Of a stretch of DNA of 64,000 nt, positions 32,807 to 40,298 are shown piece after piece. Location of the stretch: positions 3,904,001-3,968,000 of the forward strand of contig OY970325.1 in the NCBI GenBank assembly GCA_963717145.1. The letters run 5' to 3'. A program made the position numbers and the translations under genes. Numbering within the stretch: the first letter of the stretch is position 1; each line of letters opens with the position of its first letter. The notes below the pieces were generated by a model that was not told where the DNA came from, searched no databases, and worked only from the letters and a program-made list of their open reading frames with translations. This DNA comes from an uncultured Armatimonadetes bacterium. GTDB taxonomy: Bacteria > Armatimonadota > UBA5829 > DTJY01.

Positions 32807-33853
32807 CTACTCGAAGAGCGCCTCGTGGGTATCCGAACCGTGTATCTGCGTGTGGCAGTTCGTACACGTGGCGTAGCGCTGTGCGAATCTGCCGATATCT
32901 CCTCTCGGCGAGTGTGTTCCCGTGTGGCACTTCATGCACAGGAACGGCTCGTTCTGGAGTTGCAGCTTGTTGTTGACCGAGCCGTGCGGGTTGTGGCAAT
33001 TGGTGCATTCCTCGGTTACCGCGGGATGCTCGAACACGAACGGACCGACCTTCTCTGCATGGCATTGTCTGCACGTCTCGTCCACGTTCTCTTGTTTCAG
33101 CATGCCGTTTGGCCCGCCATGAGGGTTGTGGCAGTCCGTGCACTTAACCTTGCCCTCCGCGATCGGATGATGCGAAGGCATCCTGCTCTGGACTTCCTGC
33201 TGCTTGTGGCAGTCAAAGCAGACATACGGTTCGATGCTTCGTCGGTAAGCGGTTTCGGCCCCCTTGAGCTGCTTTCGAGCCTCCTCGAGTTCGGCCGTGA
33301 GTTCCTTGACCTTCTTGTTGGCCGCAAGCTTGTCTTCGCTGCCCGCGGGAGCGACGTTCGATCCCACATCCGTCTGCTTGATCGCTCGAGTGAGTCCTTG
33401 TACGGAGAGCTTGGCGTTTTCCACGTCGCTCAGCAGCTTCTTTTCGCCTTCGCTGTGCAGATCATGGCACTTGATGCAGCTCACCTTGGCTCGAGCATGG
33501 ACGCTCGTCTGCCACTGGGTGACATGCTCTCCGGAGTGGCACTTTAGGCAGGTATCCGCCAACTTGTTCGGTGGCAACTCCTGCGGCCTGATGATCTTCT
33601 TGATGTCGCCGCCGCCTTCGACATGCGCTCCACCCGGCCCGTGGCATGCCTCGCATCCGTTCTGCGAAGGCTCCTTGTTGAAGAGCATTCGTCTGTGAAC
33701 GGTGTGAGACCACGTCTTGACCGTGTCCGCGTGACACGTGGAGCATACCTCACTGCCAATGTACTTGGGCTCGTCCTGTGCTTGGCCCGTGTAGAACCAG
33801 ACCAATCCCAGAACCAGGCAGAACACAAGGGTAAATGCAAGTTTCTTGACCAT
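32807..33853 (-). CDS. mtrA: MtrA/DmsE-family decaheme cytochrome c
   Basis: Signal peptide; 10 CxxCH; CEACHGPG, SHHP...CTDCHNPHG, GPFVFEHP and CHTQIHGS motifs. Confidence 0.9.
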   Translation of the reverse strand: MVKKLAFTLVFCLVLGLVWFYTGQAQDEPKYIGSEVCSTCHADTVKTWSHTVHRRMLFNKEPSQNGCEACHGPGGAHVEGGGDIKKIIRPQELPPNKLADTCLKCHSGEHVTQWQTSVHARAKVSCIKCHDLHSEGEKKLLSDVENAKLSVQGLTRAIKQTDVGSNVAPAGSEDKLAANKKVKELTAELEEARKQLKGAETAYRRSIEPYVCFDCHKQQEVQSRMPSHHPIAEGKVKCTDCHNPHGGPNGMLKQENVDETCRQCHAEKVGPFVFEHPAVTEECTNCHNPHGSVNNKLQLQNEPFLCMKCHTGTHSPRGDIGRFAQRYATCTNCHTQIHGSDTHEALFE

Positions 33854-33968
33854 CGCCTGGCACACGCCTCCTTGATGTTGATTTTGCTTCGCGCTTTCGG
33901 TCACCATCCGGGCCGTCTCCCGAGGGAGCGCCTGCCCTTTGAGCGTTCTGACGGCGCGAGATACTACA

Positions 33969-33990
33969 TTTCGTGTTATTTTGAACGAAA
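33969..33990. promoter_or_regulatory. Palindromic operator-like site (Rex-like) upstream of mtrA
   Basis: TTTCGTGTTATTTTGAACGAAA, next to a minus-strand TAGTAT -10-like hexamer. Confidence 0.4.
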
Positions 33991-34092
33991 CAGCGGAGTG
34001 TTCCTTCCTGCGTGGAAAAAAAAGACGCCTGAACGAGGTTGATTGCCGATTCTCATGTTGTGAGAGCGATCTCCTGGCATAGGAATGCTGCT

Positions 34093-34139
34093 GCAATCAA
34101 GGTGGGACCGGCTTCGCCGGCCGCTCCCGCCTTGATTGC
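34093..34139. terminator. Hairpin after the 26-heme gene
   Basis: GCAATCAAGG...CCTTGATTGC with an internal GC stem. Confidence 0.5.
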
Positions 34140-34148
34140 GTGCGCGCT

Positions 34149-35939
34149 CTAAGGGTTCGGATGACACATGGCGCAGTACTCCTGCTTATGGCACTTGAAG
34201 CAGGGCGAACCCTGCGCCAGGCTCGCACCATGCTTCTTATGATCCATTACCCAATTTTCGGGGTGCGGCATCTCTGTTTTGTGGCAATTCATGCAGTTTT
34301 TGCTGTCATGGCAGTTCAGACAGCTCTTGTTGCCTGCTTTCGCGGTCTTGCCGTGTGCCTTCAGCCACTCGCCTTTATGAGAGGACGGCATCAGATTCGA
34401 GTGACACGCATCGCAGAAGCTCTTGGTATGGCAGGTCGTGCAAGTCGTCGATCGGGACTGGCCGCCATGATTCTTCATCCACGCAGGCGACGAGCTGTGG
34501 CTCGCAGGTTTCGTCCCCCGGTGGCAGGCCACACAGAAGCTCTCCTCGTGGCACTTCTTGCATGCCGCCCTGTTCTGTTTCGCCACCGGTCGGTGCGCCG
34601 TCTTCCAGTTCGACGGGTGAGGCATCGTCATGCCGTGACAACTGCTGCAGAAATCCCTGGTGTGACACGTGTTGCACAGCTTGCTGTTGATCGCCGCCTG
34701 CGCGGGATGCTGCTTTGTCCAGTTTGCGGCGTGCGAAGCCGGTTTCTGCGTCTTGTGGCACTTCATGCAGAATTCCGACTTGTGGCATGTCGTGCAGTTC
34801 GCGCTCGACTGCTGGGCGGGATGTCCGTGAGTCCGCAGCCAGGTGGCATTCGCGTGCGAAGCCGGGGTCTTACCCTGGTGACACCCGATGCAGAACTGCT
34901 CCTGGTGGCAATTCTTGCAGGAATCGGCCTTCTGTTTTGCCTGTCCGGGATGCATCTGCAGCCAGTTCTTCGGATGAGTCTGATAGCGCTGATGGCAATC
35001 CGAACAGAAGAGGCGCTCGTGGCACTGGTCGCATGTCCCGGGAGATCGGCGGAACTCCTGAGGGTGCTTGGACAGCCAGTCGAGTTCGTGAGCCCTCTTC
35101 ACTGAGTGGCAGTCTGTGCAGAAACTCTTGGCATGACAGACCTCGCAACTCTGGGGTTTCTTCCGGAACTCTGCCGGGTGAGAGTTCCGCCAACCCGGCG
35201 CGTGCGGGGTCGCCATTCGGTGGCAGTTCTTGCAGAAGTCCTCCTGGTGGCACCGCTTGCAGGAGTCTCGATCGTTCTTGACCTCCTGTTTGTGGCCCTC
35301 GACCCACTCGGGAGTGAACACGCTGGGTTGTCGCATGCCTAATGTTTCATGGCATAGCCCGCACGTATTGGGAGCCTTCTTGCCGTCGTGACACTTGAAG
35401 CAGGTGTCCATCTTCGGCGTATTCTTGGTGGCAGCGTTCGGGCCGTGGACTACGTTGTCGTGGCAGAATGTGCAGGAAATCCCGCGGTCCCAGTGCTTCT
35501 TGTGCGTAATCTTCAGTCCATGGTAGACGACCAGGTCTCGGGTTTCGGGATGGCATTTCTTGCAGTTTGCATCCGGGACATGCCCCTGGATGGCTCCCGG
35601 GTCAACGCCACCCTTCACGTGCTTATACACCTGGCGCATTGCCGAGAACTTGCTCTTCGCCATGTTCGTGAGGCCGGGCATGAGGTGGCATTCCTCACAC
35701 TGGACATCCTTATGCGAAGACTCACCCCATGTCGCATAGTGGACGTCCATTTCGTGGCAGGAGGAGCAGAAGATCGACCTGTTTGTGGCGGCTACTCCGC
35801 TGACCAGCGCGATGCCGAGAATCCCGAAGGCAATCAGGAGCATGCCCCAGCTTATGGTCCAGCGCACTATCGGTATAGTGATTCTGGTCTTCAGCAGGCG
35901 GATACAGGCCTCTCTGGAAACGAAACTAGGGGCTCTCAA
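34149..35939 (-). CDS. Membrane-anchored NapC/NirT-like multiheme cytochrome c, 26 CxxCH
   Basis: N-terminal TM then FCSSCHEM...W..SSH...CEECH (NapC-like); ten tandem diheme repeats. Confidence 0.9.
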   Translation of the reverse strand: MRAPSFVSREACIRLLKTRITIPIVRWTISWGMLLIAFGILGIALVSGVAATNRSIFCSSCHEMDVHYATWGESSHKDVQCEECHLMPGLTNMAKSKFSAMRQVYKHVKGGVDPGAIQGHVPDANCKKCHPETRDLVVYHGLKITHKKHWDRGISCTFCHDNVVHGPNAATKNTPKMDTCFKCHDGKKAPNTCGLCHETLGMRQPSVFTPEWVEGHKQEVKNDRDSCKRCHQEDFCKNCHRMATPHAPGWRNSHPAEFRKKPQSCEVCHAKSFCTDCHSVKRAHELDWLSKHPQEFRRSPGTCDQCHERLFCSDCHQRYQTHPKNWLQMHPGQAKQKADSCKNCHQEQFCIGCHQGKTPASHANATWLRTHGHPAQQSSANCTTCHKSEFCMKCHKTQKPASHAANWTKQHPAQAAINSKLCNTCHTRDFCSSCHGMTMPHPSNWKTAHRPVAKQNRAACKKCHEESFCVACHRGTKPASHSSSPAWMKNHGGQSRSTTCTTCHTKSFCDACHSNLMPSSHKGEWLKAHGKTAKAGNKSCLNCHDSKNCMNCHKTEMPHPENWVMDHKKHGASLAQGSPCFKCHKQEYCAMCHPNP

Positions 35940-36898
35940 CTCTTGTACCCCCCGTCGTCCGTCGCATCATGCTTCCCGCCGCCGTTGTTTCTGAGCTTCT
36001 CGCGCTCCGCTATGATCTTCTCGTATTCCAGCGGATGATGATGCATGATGTTCTCCTTGGATATCTTGCCGGTCAGCCACGTCCAACTCATGGGGAAGTT
36101 GTCCGGATTAAAATGCACGTTGTAGAAATGCCATATGATGATTGCCAATGTGGCGAGGAGCGCCTCATCGCTGTGAGCCTCATGAGCCATGTCCAGCGCA
36201 AACTTGGGCAGGAGCGCCATCGTCGTGTCCTGGAACCAGAGCATCAGCCCTGATGTGATCATGACGACCATTCCCCAGTATACTGCCCAATAATCGAATT
36301 TCTCAATGTAGCTGAACCTGCCGAACCTCGCTCCGATCTTCGAAAAGCCCAGAAAATACTTGACGTTTCTGTAGACGTCGGCAACATCCTTGAACTTCGG
36401 AAGCCACTCCATGATGTTGTGGCGTCCTTCCCTCATGGCTATGATGTAGAACACATGGAATGTGCCAACTGCCATGAGGCCGACCGCGCCGATCCTGTGG
36501 ATCAGGCCGCTCTGCGCGACGCCGCCGATAAGGCGGAAGAAAGCGCCCGCCCAGTCAGTGTTCGGGAATTTCAGAGGAATGCCCGTCACGATCAGTATGA
36601 TGCAACTTGTGAAGAGCGCCATGTGCTGCAATCGGAATACGATGCTGAACCGCTCGAATTCCTCTTCGTCGCCGAGCTTCGAGACTGCCGGAGCCTTCCG
36701 CCGGCGAGTCTTCTCTTTCGCGGCTACCTCGAGCCTGTCACGGAGTTCGCGCCGGAGCTGTTCCCGCACTTCATCTTTGGCCCGTGCCAGCGTTTCGGCA
36801 TCGAGTTTGGACCCAAGCTGCTCTGCAGCGGCATCCAACTCACTGTCTATGCTTTCATCGGAGATATGTTTATCGGTTATCGGTCTGTCTCCAGCCAT
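35936..36898 (-). CDS. Cytochrome b subunit (FdnI/CbcL-type)
   Basis: QH..., IHRIGA, YIEKFDYWAVYWG, AHSDEALLA and WHFYNVH motifs; charged N-terminal extension. Confidence 0.88.
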   Translation of the reverse strand: MAGDRPITDKHISDESIDSELDAAAEQLGSKLDAETLARAKDEVREQLRRELRDRLEVAAKEKTRRRKAPAVSKLGDEEEFERFSIVFRLQHMALFTSCIILIVTGIPLKFPNTDWAGAFFRLIGGVAQSGLIHRIGAVGLMAVGTFHVFYIIAMREGRHNIMEWLPKFKDVADVYRNVKYFLGFSKIGARFGRFSYIEKFDYWAVYWGMVVMITSGLMLWFQDTTMALLPKFALDMAHEAHSDEALLATLAIIIWHFYNVHFNPDNFPMSWTWLTGKISKENIMHHHPLEYEKIIAEREKLRNNGGGKHDATDDGGYKS

Positions 36899-36899
36899 G

Positions 36900-37634
36900 T
36901 TATCGTTCCGTTTCGATTAGCTCTCTGTCGTCGGCCTTCCGCTCATTGCCCACGATGCGCTCGTACTCCAGGGGATGATGCTCTTTCATCTCGTGTTCGG
37001 AGATCTCACCGGTGAGCCAAATCCTGCTCATCGGGAATACCTCCGGGTTGAGATGAACGTGATAGAAGTGCCAGATGATGATCGCGAGGAATGCGAGCAC
37101 GGCCTCGTAGCTGTGTACCACCAGGCCGATGTCCAGTGACCACTTGGGCAGCACCAGCATCGCTTGTTCCTCGAACCAGAGGATAAGGCCGGTGAGGATC
37201 ATGACCGCCGATCCCCACGCCAGCGCCAGATACTCGAACTTCTCGATGAAGTTGAAGCGATCGAACTTCGGTTTGTCCCGCTTCAGACCGAAGTAGTATC
37301 CGAGCATGTGGATCACGTCGAACAGGTCCTTCGGCTTCGGAATGAGTGCCATGAGTTCGCGGTGACCCCTGTTCGTGAACACGGTCCAACCAACGTGGTA
37401 AGTGCACACCAACATCAGGATGACGGCCGAGATGCGATGAAGCACCGATCTCGCCGTGAAGCCGCCCAGGAATCCTATCAGGTGATGCGCCCAGGCGGCG
37501 TCATCGTACCGGAGCGGCAAGCCGGTCAGCACCAGCAGGAAGAAGCTGATCATCATGAATATATGCTGCGTGCGCTGGCTGCGCGAAAGCCTCTCGAAAC
37601 GGCGCTCGCCCGTGAGAATGGATGAATCGGTCAT
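36900..37634 (-). CDS. Cytochrome b subunit (FdnI/CbcL-type)
   Basis: QHIF, LHRISA, FIEKFEYLALAWG, VHSYEAVLA and WHFYHVH motifs; TAATG coupling to the upstream gene. Confidence 0.88.
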   Translation of the reverse strand: MTDSSILTGERRFERLSRSQRTQHIFMMISFFLLVLTGLPLRYDDAAWAHHLIGFLGGFTARSVLHRISAVILMLVCTYHVGWTVFTNRGHRELMALIPKPKDLFDVIHMLGYYFGLKRDKPKFDRFNFIEKFEYLALAWGSAVMILTGLILWFEEQAMLVLPKWSLDIGLVVHSYEAVLAFLAIIIWHFYHVHLNPEVFPMSRIWLTGEISEHEMKEHHPLEYERIVGNERKADDRELIETER

Positions 37635-38932
37635 TACTTGCCATACCCCCTGCTGCCATTCCGGGAACGACGACGCCACCGCGAGATCAGATCCAGCGCG
37701 ATATAGGCGCAGAACGAGCCTATCAGCAGTATTATGAACCCGGTGTAGAAAATGCGCACCCAGTATACGCCCTTGTCCTTCTTGCTCGATGGGAGAACAT
37801 GCACCGACCCTTCAGCAAAGTTCTTACTGGCGCCGGGATGGCATACTCCGCAGGTCTTGGGCATGTTCGTCTTGTTGATCGATGACTTGGGGTCGCTCGC
37901 CGGCCTTATGTCGTGCGCTCCGTGACATGTCGCGCAGTTGGCGACGGTGATGTCGCCATACTTGTTGGCAACTCCGTGATAGCTCTCGATGTACGTACTC
38001 AGACGGTTGGCCGGCAACCCGTACTTGCGCTCGATTCTCATGTCCTCGTGGCACTTGGAGCAAGTGGCCACGACATGAGTCGGATAGACGGAGGAACGCT
38101 CCTCCGAAGGCTTGGCGATGGTATGCTCACCATGACAATCGGTGCAGGAGGGGGCATCCTTGATCCCGCTTCTCAGGGCCTGCCCGTGGATGCTTTCCTC
38201 GTAGGTCTTGTATATCTTCTGGTGGCATTTCCCGCAGGTCGCCGGTATGTGAGGCTTGCTGACGGTCGAGCCCTTCTCCTTCGCGGCCTCTATATTGTGG
38301 ATGCCATGGCAGTCGGTGCACGTCGCGGCAGCCAGTAGACCCTGCTTGTCGACTGCCTTGCCGTGAACGCTGTCCCGGTACAGCCGGATCGTCGCCGGAC
38401 CGGGAATATTGTGCCGCTCTGTCATGGCGGTATCGGAGTGGCACTTGCCACACGTGTGCGCGATTCTCGATCTGTATGTGCTGGACTTCGGATCGCTCGG
38501 CGCCTTGATGCCATGTGTGCCGTGACAGTCTTTGCAGTTGGGAGCGTCCTTGTCCATTCTCTTCACGGCCTGACCGTGTACGCTGTCCGCATATTCCGTC
38601 ATGGGACTCAGATTCGGCGCGCCGACCGTATTGTCTATCTTGTGACACCGGCTGCAATTCACGGGGTCCGCGTTCTGCTTGTGGGGAAAAGACTGGCCCG
38701 CGAGATCTGTGTGACAGTCCTCACATTTCCTGCCCGCATGCACCGATTGCTGGAGTTCGCTTGCTTCGACATGCAGGGACATCTGCTTGCCGCCTATGGT
38801 CTTGCTCAATCCCTTGGCACTGTGGCACATGAGGCACTTGCCGGAGTCCACCATGGTGGCCGGCGTGGCCGGAGATGCGAGCGCAATAGCGACAACCGCC
38901 ATCAAGCAGGATAGTATCGATCTTCTGAGCAT
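37634..38932 (-). CDS. CbcL-like multiheme cytochrome c, 11 CxxCH, C-terminal TM anchor
   Basis: Signal peptide; repeated Y..S(V/I)HG...CxDCHG.H.I; C-terminal TM and Arg-rich tail. Confidence 0.88.
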   Translation of the reverse strand: MLRRSILSCLMAVVAIALASPATPATMVDSGKCLMCHSAKGLSKTIGGKQMSLHVEASELQQSVHAGRKCEDCHTDLAGQSFPHKQNADPVNCSRCHKIDNTVGAPNLSPMTEYADSVHGQAVKRMDKDAPNCKDCHGTHGIKAPSDPKSSTYRSRIAHTCGKCHSDTAMTERHNIPGPATIRLYRDSVHGKAVDKQGLLAAATCTDCHGIHNIEAAKEKGSTVSKPHIPATCGKCHQKIYKTYEESIHGQALRSGIKDAPSCTDCHGEHTIAKPSEERSSVYPTHVVATCSKCHEDMRIERKYGLPANRLSTYIESYHGVANKYGDITVANCATCHGAHDIRPASDPKSSINKTNMPKTCGVCHPGASKNFAEGSVHVLPSSKKDKGVYWVRIFYTGFIILLIGSFCAYIALDLISRWRRRSRNGSRGYGK

Positions 38933-38959
38933 AGAGTGTTCCCCCTGAGACCTGTCGAG

Positions 38960-40027
38960 CTACCGTGAAGCCCTTCGCCGCCGGCGCTTTGCGTACAGAT
39001 CGAGCAGTATGTGACCGATCAGAGCCACCATCGTGCATATCGTCAGCCACTTGAACGCGGTGCTTACGTAGTATAGCACTGACTGTTCTCCGTGTGAGAT
39101 TATGACGTGTATCTTTCCTTTGGCAAAGTTCTCGTTTGACCCCGTATGGCACTTACCGCACGTCTTGGGCAAATTCGCCTTGCTGACACTCGACTTGGGA
39201 TCGCTGGACGGGCGTATGTTGTGCGCGCTGTGACAGCTTGCACAATTCGCCACGGCCGGATTTCCAAACTTGTTCGCCACACCGTGATAGCTCTCACGGT
39301 ATGTCGCGTATCGTTCCTTGGGAATTCCGTACTTCTTCTCGATAAGCAGGCTGTCATGGCACTTCGAGCAGGTCTCCGGTATGGTGGTCGCATATACGGA
39401 GGAAGCTGGATCCTTCGGCGACTGGATGGCGTGCTCTCCGTGGCAGGTCGTGCATACCGGAACGTCGGGGTTGCCATGCAACAGAGCTTGTCCGTGAATG
39501 CTCTCGCGGTAGTCGCTGTATATGTCGATATGGCATCGGCCGCACATCTTCGGAACCTCTGCCTTGTTGACGCGCGACTTCGGGTCCGACGGTTTCCTGA
39601 TGTCGTGTCTGCCATGGCAATCCTGGCAGGTCGGGGCGCTCGTATTGCCGGATGCAAGGGCGCGCTTGTGGATGCTTTCACGGTATTCGGCGGGTTTCTT
39701 CGGCATTTTGATGCCCTGGATCTTCTCCACGTAGTGGCACCGCCCGCAGTTCACCTTTTCGATGTGATCCAGGCCGTGAGGAATCCGTTTGATGTCGTTA
39801 TGGCAATCGGTGCAAGCGCGTTGGGAGTGGACCGTCTTGGCGAACTCCGCGCCGTCCACGTACAGCGAGATCGTTCTGCCGTCAGCCATGGTCTTCTTGA
39901 GCTTCGGATCGTCATGGCAGCCCAGACACACGCCGTTATCCCTGGATGACTCCAGGTTCACGGGTATCGATGCGGCAGACGCGCTCGGACCCGCAAGCCT
40001 GAACAGAAGTGCCAGGCAGGCGGTCAT
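38960..40027 (-). CDS. CbcL-like multiheme cytochrome c, 9 CxxCH, C-terminal TM anchor (start uncertain)
   Basis: Paralog of the adjacent gene; 9 CxxCH; C-terminal TM and RRRRR. Confidence 0.85.
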   Translation of the reverse strand: MTACLALLFRLAGPSASAASIPVNLESSRDNGVCLGCHDDPKLKKTMADGRTISLYVDGAEFAKTVHSQRACTDCHNDIKRIPHGLDHIEKVNCGRCHYVEKIQGIKMPKKPAEYRESIHKRALASGNTSAPTCQDCHGRHDIRKPSDPKSRVNKAEVPKMCGRCHIDIYSDYRESIHGQALLHGNPDVPVCTTCHGEHAIQSPKDPASSVYATTIPETCSKCHDSLLIEKKYGIPKERYATYRESYHGVANKFGNPAVANCASCHSAHNIRPSSDPKSSVSKANLPKTCGKCHTGSNENFAKGKIHVIISHGEQSVLYYVSTAFKWLTICTMVALIGHILLDLYAKRRRRRASR

Positions 40028-40166
40028 GTGGAATACTCTGACGTTTTGAACTATTGTACCTTTTTTCACTAATTTGCCCCGGACACTGTAGTATATCACA
40101 CAATGCCCTGATCTAGTCAAGAGGAAATTCGTAAAAACGGGTACGTGAGGAGGAGGAAATTCGGGG

Positions 40167-40240
40167 CTCCGTAGTGGCCGTGCCTCTGTGCCGGCCAAGT
40201 GACCTGGCATGGCCGGCACAGATGTACGGCAACTACGGAG
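40167..40240. repeat. GTAG-type REP doublet, copy 1
   Basis: GTAGTGGCCG.GCCTCTGTGCCGGCC...GGCCGGCACAGA...CTAC; near-identical copy at 44045-44113. Confidence 0.85.
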
Positions 40241-40298
40241 CTTCCGTCTAGCCCGCATTATTCATGACCTGCTGAAGTCAGCACATGAATAATGTGGG

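Noticed and set aside
33860-33960. Possible riboswitch (e.g. c-di-GMP) in the mtrA leader
   Set aside because: A GC hairpin is present but I cannot match the conserved riboswitch motifs; would need an Rfam scan
33854-34096. Long N-terminal extensions in the ORF track (mtrA, 38960-40258, 40299-43502, 44538-47699, rsmG, dut, GH130)
   Set aside because: Downstream starts have an RBS and/or signal peptide or family-typical N-terminus; the extensions run through promoters, REPs or neighbouring genes
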